Below are positions 45,105 through 54,148 of a stretch of 64,000 nt of DNA, in pieces (positions within the stretch are counted from its first letter, which is position 1; each line of letters starts with the position of its first letter). The position numbers and the translations under genes were made by a program. Source of the stretch: Deinococcus sp. (lineage in GTDB: Bacteria; Deinococcota; Deinococci; Deinococcales; Deinococcaceae); assembly GCF_965247185.1 (NCBI RefSeq), contig NZ_CBDFHA010000001.1, forward strand, positions 50,215 through 114,214, written 5' to 3'. The notes beneath the pieces are model-generated. The model ran no database searches, had not been told where the DNA came from, and was given only the letters and a program-made list of their open reading frames with translations.

Positions 45105-46385
45105 TCACTTGGCCAGCCAGATGGGCGGGGCGTCGCTGCTGAAGGCGCGTCCCTCGGCGTCGAGAAGCTGCATCGGCGATTTGCCGTTCAGCGGAAAGAT
45201 ATACAGGCCGTCTTTGTAGTTCCCGGTTCGCTGGGCGACGAGAGATTGGCCGTCCGGCGACCAGCCGGGCAATCTCTCGCTGCCGTCACCCGACGAAACC
45301 TGCTTCAGCCCACTCCCGTCGATGCCGATGACCCACAGGTGCCCGTTCATGCTGAAGGCCACCCGCTTGCCGTCGGGACTGACGGTAGGCTGGATAGGAT
45401 TCACCAGATTGCGCCCCAGCGGGGTGGGCTTGCTGCTGCCCGGCGAGAGCAGATACAGACCCGGCTCCAGGGTATCGGGGCGCTCCGGGGTGGCGGCCAC
45501 CAGCCGTCCGTCCGGCAGCCAGTCGGCGCTGTCGAGGTCGGGAAAGAAGGCCAAGTCGTGCCCGGCCTGATCGGTGATCTGCACGCCGGTTCCCTTCGTG
45601 GTGTCGTAGGACCGGAACGCCACCTTTCCCCCGTCGCGGCTCAGCCGCACATCGCCGCTCACGTCGTCCTGCTGCCGCCTGAACTGGCCCACGATGTCGC
45701 CGCTGGGCCGCACGAACACCACCGTGCCGTCCTGGATGCTGCCGATGGCCCACAGACCGTTGCTGCTGGCGCTGATGGAGCTGCCCTTGGTGAGGGTCTG
45801 CTCGCGCCCGGTCTTAAGGTCGATGGCGGCGATCATGCCCGGCTGGTACTGCTGGCGGTACAGCAGCAGGCCCGTCAGGGTGCTGTTCGCGGGGCCAGCG
45901 GGCTTGGCTGTCCCGCCCTGGGCCGTTCCGCCCTGCCCGCTCCCCGCCGTCAGGTTGGCCGGGAGTGGCCCGGCAGCGTTGCCCAGCGTGCAGAGGTACT
46001 CGCCGTAGCGCTCGTCGGCATCGAATTTCCCGGTCTTGTCGCCGATGCGGATTCCGGCGTCGCTGCCGCGCCGCTCCAGCATGCTCTGATAGCCCTTCAG
46101 ATAGCCGCTCTGGAAGCTGATGCGGTGGGTCTGCGGCACGTAGCTGTAAGTTCCCTTCTGCTTGCCGTCCACGGTGTAGTTGCCCTTGCCGTCCACCTTC
46201 AGCGTGCTGATGAACGATGAGTGGACGCGCGGAGTCAAGTCGAGTCTCAAGGTGCCGTCCGGGTTGAGGGCGGTGGTGGTGCCGGACTGAAGCAGGTCGC
46301 ACTGGTAGGTACCGGCGGGCGGCAGGGTGGCCGCCGCCGCCTGGGCAGCAGTCAGCAGGAACAGCACGGGAAGAAATGGACGCAT
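45105..46385 (-). CDS. secreted TolB-like beta-propeller (PD40/WD40-like repeat) protein with a novel N-terminal domain
   Basis: I chose the start at 46385 (MRPFLPVLFLLTAAQAAAA), preceded by GGAG. It has repeated SPDG/SRDG-type PD40 motifs (VSPDGKRVAFS, WSPDGQSLVAQ, LSRDGGKVAF). Confidence 0.7.
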   Translation of the reverse strand: MRPFLPVLFLLTAAQAAAATLPPAGTYQCDLLQSGTTTALNPDGTLRLDLTPRVHSSFISTLKVDGKGNYTVDGKQKGTYSYVPQTHRISFQSGYLKGYQSMLERRGSDAGIRIGDKTGKFDADERYGEYLCTLGNAAGPLPANLTAGSGQGGTAQGGTAKPAGPANSTLTGLLLYRQQYQPGMIAAIDLKTGREQTLTKGSSISASSNGLWAIGSIQDGTVVFVRPSGDIVGQFRRQQDDVSGDVRLSRDGGKVAFRSYDTTKGTGVQITDQAGHDLAFFPDLDSADWLPDGRLVAATPERPDTLEPGLYLLSPGSSKPTPLGRNLVNPIQPTVSPDGKRVAFSMNGHLWVIGIDGSGLKQVSSGDGSERLPGWSPDGQSLVAQRTGNYKDGLYIFPLNGKSPMQLLDAEGRAFSSDAPPIWLAK

Positions 46386-46478
46386 AGGGTCTCCTTTTCC
46401 TTTGGCCGAGAACACGAGAGAAGTATGAGAGCGGCGGACAGGGGGAGGGCCGAGAGGACGGACGCCAGGGAACCGGCC

Positions 46479-47738
46479 TCAGCGCCAGGCGTAGCTGTAA
46501 CTCACCACCACGGCGTCGCCCTTGTCGGTCAGCAGCGGGCGCACCTGGCCGTCCAGCGTCAGCGAGTACAGTCTGCCGCTGTTGGCGTTAAAGATCAGGG
46601 CGCGGCTATCCGGCGACCATACCGGGTCAAAGGCGTTGTTGTCGGCGCTGCCCAGCCGTTTGGCCGCGCTGCCGTCCGGGTTCGCCAGCCAGACCCAGCC
46701 GTTGGACACGAACGCCAGGCGCTTGCCGTCGGGGCTGAGCTGCGCCGCCGTCAGATTATCTACCTTCAGCGGGATGGCCCGCCAGCTCTTCAGGTCGGGG
46801 GTGCTGATCCACAGGCCCGCAGGCTCCCCGTCGCGGGCCGTGACCAGCAGCCGCCCGTCCGGGGTCCAGGCCGGAGCCGCTCTGCCGTCCAGATTGGCCA
46901 GCACCTGGCCGCTGCGGTCGCGCACCGTCACGCCGGGGTGATACGGGTCGCCGGTGGTGTAGGCCACCCGCCCACCGTCGGGCGACAGGGATAGCTGCGA
47001 CACGTCACTGTCGCTCTCCAGCTGCGGCAGCACCTTCTGAGGCTGGTAGGTGGAGCTGGCGAACGCGACCTGATCCTGGGTATTGAGGTAGGCCACGCTG
47101 CCGTTCGCACTCACCGACACGTCCCTGCCCGTCAACCGGCCAACGCTGCGCCCGCTGGTCAGGTCGAAGCTCAGGATGGTCTGATTGGAGCTGTACAGCA
47201 GCGTTCCCTTGAGGCCGGGATTGGCGACGCCCGCTTTGGGCGCTGCCGGGCCGCTGGCGGGAGTGTTGGTGGCGGTGCCGGAGCTGCTGCCGGAACTGCC
47301 GCTTGCCTTGGCTTCCAGCTCGCACCAGAAGGCGCTGTCCTCGTGGGTCTTGGGGTCCAGAAACTGCAAGGTGTAGGCCCGCAGGGTGGCCCCGGAGTCC
47401 TGGCGCACGTCCACCGAGTAACGGATGGGATAGCGGCTCATGGGGCCGTTCGTGAAGCGGAAGCCGCCCTGGGCCGCGTTGAAGCTGTAACTTCCCTGCC
47501 CGGTCTGGGTGCCGCCCTGCAGGTGGTAGCTTCCCTTGCCGCTGAGTATGACGCTGCCCAGCGAGCGGTTGGGGCGGCGGTAGCGCAGGGTCGTGCCCAG
47601 GTCGGAGTCGAATTCCGGCGACAGAACCAGACAGGTGTACGCTCCCGCCGGGGGGGCCGCAGACCCGGCGGCCAGCATGCCCGGCCCGCCCGTCAGGAGT
47701 GCTCCCAGATAAAATGCTGCCCACCCTGACTGTTTCAT
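46479..47738 (-). CDS. secreted TolB-like beta-propeller protein, tandem paralog of 45105-46385
   Basis: I chose the start at 47738 (MKQSGWAAFYLGALL...), preceded by GAGGTGA. PD40 motifs are LSPDGGRVAYT, LSPDGKRLAFV and WSPDSRALIF. Its N-terminal domain is parallel to that of the neighbour. Confidence 0.7.
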   Translation of the reverse strand: MKQSGWAAFYLGALLTGGPGMLAAGSAAPPAGAYTCLVLSPEFDSDLGTTLRYRRPNRSLGSVILSGKGSYHLQGGTQTGQGSYSFNAAQGGFRFTNGPMSRYPIRYSVDVRQDSGATLRAYTLQFLDPKTHEDSAFWCELEAKASGSSGSSSGTATNTPASGPAAPKAGVANPGLKGTLLYSSNQTILSFDLTSGRSVGRLTGRDVSVSANGSVAYLNTQDQVAFASSTYQPQKVLPQLESDSDVSQLSLSPDGGRVAYTTGDPYHPGVTVRDRSGQVLANLDGRAAPAWTPDGRLLVTARDGEPAGLWISTPDLKSWRAIPLKVDNLTAAQLSPDGKRLAFVSNGWVWLANPDGSAAKRLGSADNNAFDPVWSPDSRALIFNANSGRLYSLTLDGQVRPLLTDKGDAVVVSYSYAWR

Positions 47739-47891
47739 ACTCACCTCGCCGCTAAGCCGCTGGTCCTGCGCCGCCGGTTCGCTTGCGCACGGCACAGATC
47801 GTCCCATTTGGCCCTGCAAACCCACTCTAACGGTGCCGGACGAGTGCGTTTATTTGAAGGTGCGGCCCACAAAGGTAAGAACCTTAATTGT

Positions 47892-49346
47892 TCAGCCTGG
47901 ATTGATGTTTCCTGCTGGCGATGTCGGGGTGGGTAGGCTCTCAGAACCGTTCCGCAGCCGCGTCTGGGCCTCCCCGATGCGGGCGACCCAAGTGGCCAGG
48001 GTCTCTTCGTCGTGCCCAAGCCGCTCGCCCGCGTGCTGCAACTGCGCCCGCATCGCCGCCGGGCCGGGGCCGCCCAGCGTCTCGCGCCGCGTCACGAAGG
48101 TCTGGGCATCCAGGGCGCTTTGTACCGTGCCGTCCGGGACGGCGAGACCCAGCGCCCGCAGGTCGGCGTCGGTGGCCCTGTGCAGCGGGCGGCCCTCGGC
48201 CCTGAGTTTGCTCAGCAGCGCCTGGGCGCTGTGATGCGCGGCCCGGAAGTCGCCGGTCTGACGGGCCAGGGTGTCGGCGAGTTCGGTCAGGGTGGCGTCG
48301 CTGTGGTCGGCCTGCTCGCGCCAGCGTTCCCGCTCGATCCGCAGGCCCTCCAGCGAGGCGATCAGCAGCCGCAGCCCCTGCGAGAAGTCCGTCCAGAGCA
48401 GCCATAAGGGTTGCTGCACGTCGGTGCCGGGGTCGTTGATGTCGCCGAAGGGCGTGTTGTGGCTGCTGTACACCACCGCCTGCGCATACCCCAGCACCTT
48501 GCTCAGCCGGGTGCGGGCGTGTTCCAGCGCCACCGGATTGCGCTTCTGCGGCATCACGCTCGATCCCTGCACCAGCCCGTCGGCCAGACTCAGCAGGCCC
48601 TGTGAAGCCCAGTTCAGCAGGTCGTACAGACACCTCGACAGCGTGACGGCGCAGGTGCTCACGGCTCCGGCGATTTCCAGTTGCCAGTCGCCGGTCGAGA
48701 CGGCGTCGTAGGTATTCTCGACGGGGCCGTCAAAGGCCAGCAGCGCGGCGGTATAGGGCCGGTCGAGCGGGTGGCTGCTGCCCGAGAGCGCCACCGCCCC
48801 CAGCGGGCTATGGTTCAGGCGGCCCAGCGCGTCCCTAAGCCGGGCGCTGTCGCGCGACAGGCTGTTCTCGACGGCGGCCAGGTAGTGCCCGAAGGTGATC
48901 GGCTGGGCGGGCTGGTGGTGGCTGTGGGCCAGCATCAAAGTGGCGCTCTCAGCCCCCGCCAGTGTCAGGAAACTGCGCCGCAGCCGCAGCAGCTCGTCCA
49001 TCGCCGCCAGGAGCTGTTGGCGAGCGGCGAGGCGGTACACGGTCATGTCCAGGTCGTTGCGCGACAGCGCGGTTCGCAGCGCCCCGGCCCCTGCCGGCGT
49101 CTCGGCAGCCAGCACCCGGTCGAGCGCAAAGAACAGGTCCTCGACGCCCGGATCGTAGTCGGGCGGCTGAAACTCCCGCAGCCGCCGCAACCCTGCCAGC
49201 GCCTCGGCGGCGTGCGGCGTCCCGACCCGTAGCAGGCCCAGGGCGTGGGCACTCAGCGCGTCCAAAAAGTGCGGCAGCAGATGCTGGCGGGCGTGTCGAT
49301 AATCCGGCTCCAGCACGGCGCTGAGGTAGTCAGGGTGCCAGCTCAA
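47892..49346 (-). CDS. fumarate-lyase superfamily protein, argininosuccinate-lyase-like
   Basis: SRNDLDMTVYRL and the signature loop GSSVMPQKRNPVALEH (GSSxMPxKxNP). The N-terminus is atypical for housekeeping ArgH. Confidence 0.75.
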   Translation of the reverse strand: MSWHPDYLSAVLEPDYRHARQHLLPHFLDALSAHALGLLRVGTPHAAEALAGLRRLREFQPPDYDPGVEDLFFALDRVLAAETPAGAGALRTALSRNDLDMTVYRLAARQQLLAAMDELLRLRRSFLTLAGAESATLMLAHSHHQPAQPITFGHYLAAVENSLSRDSARLRDALGRLNHSPLGAVALSGSSHPLDRPYTAALLAFDGPVENTYDAVSTGDWQLEIAGAVSTCAVTLSRCLYDLLNWASQGLLSLADGLVQGSSVMPQKRNPVALEHARTRLSKVLGYAQAVVYSSHNTPFGDINDPGTDVQQPLWLLWTDFSQGLRLLIASLEGLRIERERWREQADHSDATLTELADTLARQTGDFRAAHHSAQALLSKLRAEGRPLHRATDADLRALGLAVPDGTVQSALDAQTFVTRRETLGGPGPAAMRAQLQHAGERLGHDEETLATWVARIGEAQTRLRNGSESLPTPTSPAGNINPG

Positions 49347-49955
49347 CGCGGTCTCCAGAGAGGTGAACGGTTCAAGACCACATCATAGGCCAAGGGTGGC
49401 TCGAACAACCAGAATATATACAATTCTGCTTGCCGCTCCATCCTCAGCCTGGGCTGTTGTTGGACTTGCCCACCCTCCCTAGCTGCCACCCGCCCCGCGC
49501 CCCTGCTTGGGCTTGGGAAGAGCATGCTGACCTCTTAGAACATGCCGCCCAGAGTGATTGCGGATCGACTGGAAGTATATAAACATCGGCTTCACCATGC
49601 AGGTCCATACACATTTTTATGACGAGTAGTGCTGCATATTACGAAACTGCTCGCGAATCTAAGGAAGCCAGCTAAAGGCGGGGGTAACACCGCAAACAAA
49701 AAGAGATGCTTCGGCAACTGAGTCATCCCTGCGTTTTAATTAAGACGAATATTATGTCCTCTAGATGGCTGCCACTTTTATTCGATAGATTGGCAAAAAG
49801 AGTAGCTAATGTAAGCTATGCGGACGGATTAAGTCTCGTAATGCCAACCCATTCTAATGGCGAAGGACGTTAAACTCTACGCCTGACGGAACAGATATTT
49901 CCGAGGGCAGCCCATTCTGACCAATCAATCCCCAGCGCGTTGTATATATTCTGAC

Positions 49956-50294
49956 TTATTGGCCCCAGACTTCTGCCACGATGCCCGCCGCCAGCTCGTC
50001 TACCGTTTCGCGTTCCAGGGCGACGGGATCGATGTCGCGGCCCAGGTCGCGTTGCAGGCAGTACAGCAGCTCGACGCTCATCAGCGAGTCAAAGCCGATG
50101 GCCAGGAAGCTGCGGTCTGCGCCCGCGTCGGTGTCCGCGCCGCCCTGCCGCCGGATGAAGGCCACCTGCTGCTCGATGTAGCGGGTCAGCTCGGCGGATT
50201 TGTCGGCAGAACTCAGGGGTTCCAGGGCGTCTAAGAGGCGGCCCTTGCCGCCCCCCGCGTTTAGGGCCGTCCAGTCGGTCATGGGCTTGGTCAT
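49956..50294 (-). CDS. acyl/peptidyl carrier protein (phosphopantetheine attachment site)
   Basis: 112 aa. FLAIGFDSLMSVELLYCLQRDLG contains the DSL serine motif. Confidence 0.8.
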   Translation of the reverse strand: MTKPMTDWTALNAGGGKGRLLDALEPLSSADKSAELTRYIEQQVAFIRRQGGADTDAGADRSFLAIGFDSLMSVELLYCLQRDLGRDIDPVALERETVDELAAGIVAEVWGQ

Positions 50295-50356
50295 AGCGTC
50301 TCCTCTTGTACAGCTTCCGCTTTCTCTACAAATCCTGCCTCATTTCATGATTGGGA

Positions 50357-51376
50357 TCAGTAGATCATCAGCACGCTGGCCCACGACAGGCCCGCCCCGA
50401 AGCCGCACAGCAGCAGCGTTTCGCCGCGCTCGATCTGGCCCGCCTCCAACGCACCGTGCAGCAGAATCGGGATCGAGGCCGAGACGGTGTTGCCGGTCTG
50501 GGCCAGGTTGCGGGGCATGCGGGCGTCGTCGAGCTTCAAGCGCGCTTGCAGGCCGCCCAGCACCATCCCCGACGCCTGATGGAACAGGAAATGATCTACG
50601 TCGGCCAGCGTCAGGCCGTGCGCCGAGAGCAGCCCCGTCAGATGCGGCGGCACTTGGGCGTAGGTGAAGGCCAGCATCGCCTTGCCGTTCATATGAATCT
50701 GGTCGCGGGTTCGGCGGTTTGGGCCGTCCTGCACGAGTTCCAGCGGCTCACTCGGCGTGGGCAGCCGGGCCGCACCCCCCGGCACGCAGAAGGCCGCGCC
50801 GTGGCTGCCGTCGGTTCCCCAGGCCGAGCCGATCACCCGAGACGAGCCGTCCGAGCGGGTCAGCAGCGTGGCCGCCGCGCCGTCCGAGAACAGCAGCCTG
50901 GTCGAGCGGTCTTGCGGCGAGATCAGCTTGCTGTATGTGTCGGCGGTGACGATCAGCACCCGCCGGGCCGCGCCCGACGCGATCAGGCTGCTCGCCAGGA
51001 TCAGGCTGTAGGTGAAGCCCGAACACGCCAGGTTGAGATCGAGCGCCCCCACCGACGTGGGCAACCCCAAGCGTCCGTGCAGCAGGCAGGCGTTGCCCGG
51101 CAGGCGCTGGTCGGGCGTCTGGGTGCAGAACAGCAGCAGGTCGAGGCTGCCCGGCAACTCCGGCTGCGCGTCCAGCAGCTTGCGGCAGGCGCTCTCGGCC
51201 AGATCGAGCGCCGTCTCGTCCGGGCCAGCCAGGTGCCGCAGCTCCACGCCGGTATGCTTGGCGGCCTCGGGCACGTTCCAGCCTGGAAACTGGGCGTGCA
51301 ACTCGGCGTTGGTCTCGCGGCGGGGCGGCAGATGCACCGCCAGCGCCCCGATCCGCGCCTGGAAGGGGGGATTCAC
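50357..51376 (-). CDS. 3-oxoacyl-ACP synthase III (KAS III / FabH-like)
   Basis: The Cys-His-Asn triad contexts are LACSGFTYSL, FLFHQASGMV and GNTVSASIPILL. The GTG start forms a GTGA overlap with the upstream radical SAM stop. Confidence 0.85.
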   Translation of the reverse strand: MNPPFQARIGALAVHLPPRRETNAELHAQFPGWNVPEAAKHTGVELRHLAGPDETALDLAESACRKLLDAQPELPGSLDLLLFCTQTPDQRLPGNACLLHGRLGLPTSVGALDLNLACSGFTYSLILASSLIASGAARRVLIVTADTYSKLISPQDRSTRLLFSDGAAATLLTRSDGSSRVIGSAWGTDGSHGAAFCVPGGAARLPTPSEPLELVQDGPNRRTRDQIHMNGKAMLAFTYAQVPPHLTGLLSAHGLTLADVDHFLFHQASGMVLGGLQARLKLDDARMPRNLAQTGNTVSASIPILLHGALEAGQIERGETLLLCGFGAGLSWASVLMIY

Positions 51377-52794
51377 GGCGCGGCCCGCCCCGGCTGTGAC
51401 CGCGATAGAGCCCGGAGCTGGGCGAAGTGCGCCTCGGTGATCTCCTCGACCCGGCCCTGCATCAGCGCGGTCTGGATCAGCGGTACTCTGTAGGCTCCCT
51501 CGGCGGTCAGGCGGATGGCCTCGCTGCCGATGCTCAGCAGCCCCAGCTCCTCACAGGCCCGCCAGATCGGGGCGAACTCGTCCAGCACATCGCGCCCGAA
51601 GTTGCGAAGGTAGCTGGCCCGGTCTACGCTCAGCGACTGGAGATTGCGGAACAGCAGCGACAGCCGCAGATCGGCGGGGCTGCGAGCGTAGCCGCACTCC
51701 ACCGGCAGCCGGCCCTGCTCCAGCGCGCCGTAGTACCCCGGCAGAGTGCGGGCGTTCATGAAGGTCCAGCCGCCCGCGTCCGGGGAGCGGTGATGGTCTG
51801 GGAAGTCGCTGATCGCCGCGTAGCCCCAGGCCCAGACATCGTGCGCGTCGAAGCTGCGGCGGCATTCCTCGTAGACGAAGCCAGTCTGAGTACCGGCTTC
51901 GACCCGCTGAAAGTCATAGGGCGTGAGCTGGGCATAGCCGCCCGCCGCCAGCAGCGACACGGCCCCGTGGTACATCTCGCGCACCCGTTCCGGCGAGGGC
52001 AGCTCGTCGCGGTGGTTGAGCGCAAAATCGGTGGCCCCGCCGACGTTCAGCTCGTAGTGGGTGATGTGCTCGACGCCGCTCGCCATCAGGTCTTGCAGGT
52101 CGCGGCGCATGTGATCCAGGGTCTGCTGCGGCCAGCCGTAAATCAGGTCCACGTTGCAGCCCAGGCCCAGCTCGGCGGCCCACTGCACCGCCTGAAAGAC
52201 GTGTCTGGGCGTCTGGGTGCGCCCGCTCAGGCGGCTGAGCCCCTGATCGAGCTGCTGCGCGCCCATGCTGATGCGGGTCACGCCCTGCTCTTTCATCGCC
52301 AGCAGCTTGTCGCGGCTGAACAGTTGCGGAATGCCCTCCAGGGTGATCGGCGTGCCAGGGGGCAGGCTGGGCAGCAGCGAGCGGATCATGCCCAGCAGGC
52401 GCGGGTACTGCCCGACCTTGAGCAGGTTGGGCGTGCCGCCTCCGATAAAGATGCTGCGCGGCTGCAAATGTTGCCAGCGTTCCCGGTAGTGTTCGCCCTC
52501 GCGTTCCAGCGCCGTCAGGTACACGTCGAGCTGATCCTGGCTCACGTAGCCCTCGGTGGGAAACAGACAGTACCCGCAGTGCGACGGCTGCGTGACCAGG
52601 CAGAACGGCAGCGCCACGTACAGCTCGCAGGTGGGCGCGTCCGTTCCGGGTGGGCGCACGTCCGGCGGCGCGTGCGCCCTGTCCTTCCAGAAGCGCGGCG
52701 AGGGAAAGCTGTGCAGCACCTTGTTGACCTGCCGCACACTCAGATGCGTTTCCAGGTAGCGGCGGGCGGCGGGCAGGGTACTCAGGTCGGTCAT
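51373..52794 (-). CDS. HemN-like (class C type) radical SAM enzyme
   Basis: LYVALPFCLVTQPSHCGYCLF (cluster-binding region), IFIGGGTPNLL and RISMGAQQLD are the HemN-family pattern. GGAGG lies 4 nt upstream of the ATG. Confidence 0.8.
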   Translation of the reverse strand: MTDLSTLPAARRYLETHLSVRQVNKVLHSFPSPRFWKDRAHAPPDVRPPGTDAPTCELYVALPFCLVTQPSHCGYCLFPTEGYVSQDQLDVYLTALEREGEHYRERWQHLQPRSIFIGGGTPNLLKVGQYPRLLGMIRSLLPSLPPGTPITLEGIPQLFSRDKLLAMKEQGVTRISMGAQQLDQGLSRLSGRTQTPRHVFQAVQWAAELGLGCNVDLIYGWPQQTLDHMRRDLQDLMASGVEHITHYELNVGGATDFALNHRDELPSPERVREMYHGAVSLLAAGGYAQLTPYDFQRVEAGTQTGFVYEECRRSFDAHDVWAWGYAAISDFPDHHRSPDAGGWTFMNARTLPGYYGALEQGRLPVECGYARSPADLRLSLLFRNLQSLSVDRASYLRNFGRDVLDEFAPIWRACEELGLLSIGSEAIRLTAEGAYRVPLIQTALMQGRVEEITEAHFAQLRALSRSQPGRAAP

Positions 52795-53062
52795 GGGGCC
52801 TCCTCTGGAGCATGTTCAGGGAGTCGGGAGTGGGAAGGAGGAACGACGCTCTGGATGACGTTCCGGTCTATGTTTCTGACACCGTTTTTATGCTCAGTGC
52901 TTTAGAGCTTGGTTGGGGCGGGCTTGGAGCGTTTTTTTGGGGGTGGCGACAGCATACTGATAGGCTTTCCTGTCTCATTTTTGGATGACATGTTGTGGTG
53001 AACTGCTCTTACCGGGTCTGACTCGAAACGGCGAACGGATCGCTGCACTCCATTACAGCCGC

Positions 53063-54148
53063 TCAGCGAAACCTCAGTGCCCCCCTCTCCCCCGCCCCAG
53101 TCAGCCCCACGCCGTCCAGCCCCGACCAGTCGAGTTCCGGCGCGGCAAACAGCGTCATCAGGGTGCAGACCTGCGGCACCGGCACGAAGCCGCAGGCCAG
53201 AAAGGTGGCGGCCTCGCAGAAGTCTGGGCGCGGCGCGACGGCGACCCAGGCCCCGCGCGCCGCGATACCCGCCACGCAGGCGCGCAGCAGCTCGCGCTTG
53301 CCCGCCGGGGGCAGCCCGTCCAGCAGCAGCAGGTCGATGATCTCGGCAGGAATGTGCCCCCGACCCTTCAGCGGCCAGCGAAACGCGCTGGCAAAGCCCC
53401 CCACGCCCGCCCCGTCCGGATACACCAGGGTCTGCGAGCTGCCGGAGGCGTGGAGCTGGTGGGCCAGCGCGGGGCCGTCCCAGAGCTGGCCCAGGCGGTG
53501 TCGCTGCGCCCCGGCGTCCAGCAGCAGGTGGCAGCCCGCCAAATCGGACGGCTGAAAGGGGCGGACGGGTGAGCGCTGGCCCGCGCCCGGAGCCGCTTGC
53601 AGCCGCGACAGCACGCGCAGGCCCAGCGACTCGGCGGCGTGGTCGAGCTGCTCGGCCATACAACCCGCCCGCAGGAAGCGCATCCAGAACTGCACCGGCC
53701 CGATGGTGCGGTAGCGCTTCGGGAAGGCCCGCCGGAAGGCCGACCAGAACTGGTAGGCGCTGGAGCGGGGCGAAGCATTCACGTACCCCAGGAAGAACTT
53801 CAGATGATGGGCGCGGTGCAGGCGTTCGAGCGCGTTGATCAGCCGGGTCGCCACGCCCCTGGCCGCGTACGCCGGGTCTACGCTGAGGTAGCTTCCCTGG
53901 CTGCCCGCCACCTCGTCTCCGCAGAGCCGCACGCGCACCCGCTCGGCCAGGAAGCAGCCGACCAGCCGGGAGCCGTCGTAGGCCGCCAGGTGCAGGTCGT
54001 GGTCAGGGCCGCCCAGCATCTGCCAGCGCAGGTCGGCCCCGCTGTAGTGCGGAATCAGGTCGCGGGCCAGATAGCGCCCCGCCCAGCAGGCGTTGATGAA
54101 GGCGGCCAGCTCGTCCGGGCTGCCGTCGTATGGCCGCACCTCGATCAC
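53063..54148 (-). CDS. two-domain GNAT-like acyltransferase
   Basis: 361 aa. The N-terminal half has GNAT-type VDPAYAARGVATRLINALERL. The C-terminal half has a second acyltransferase-like fold. The GTG start forms a GTGA overlap with the aminotransferase stop. Confidence 0.6.
   Translation of the reverse strand: MIEVRPYDGSPDELAAFINACWAGRYLARDLIPHYSGADLRWQMLGGPDHDLHLAAYDGSRLVGCFLAERVRVRLCGDEVAGSQGSYLSVDPAYAARGVATRLINALERLHRAHHLKFFLGYVNASPRSSAYQFWSAFRRAFPKRYRTIGPVQFWMRFLRAGCMAEQLDHAAESLGLRVLSRLQAAPGAGQRSPVRPFQPSDLAGCHLLLDAGAQRHRLGQLWDGPALAHQLHASGSSQTLVYPDGAGVGGFASAFRWPLKGRGHIPAEIIDLLLLDGLPPAGKRELLRACVAGIAARGAWVAVAPRPDFCEAATFLACGFVPVPQVCTLMTLFAAPELDWSGLDGVGLTGAGERGALRFR

Noticed and set aside
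47892-49346. Argininosuccinate-lyase-family gene, considered as part of the PKS/NRPS cluster.
   Set aside because: It is separated from the ACP gene by a 600-nt AT-rich spacer and there is no translational coupling. Membership cannot be supported from sequence alone, so it is annotated as a separate gene. Cluster comparison could revise this.
52902-52991. 29-aa Lys/Pro-rich small ORF (MSSKNETGKPISMLSPPPKKRSKPAPTKL) in the 268-nt gap between the GNAT-like and radical SAM genes. I considered it as a possible precursor peptide or small regulator of the cluster.
   Set aside because: It has no Shine-Dalgarno sequence, and its codon usage is AT-biased and atypical for this genome. It has no Cys/Ser/Thr-rich core expected for a RiPP-type substrate. 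It is also the tail of a long spurious frame (52902-53663). It is worth only a ribosome-profiling glance.
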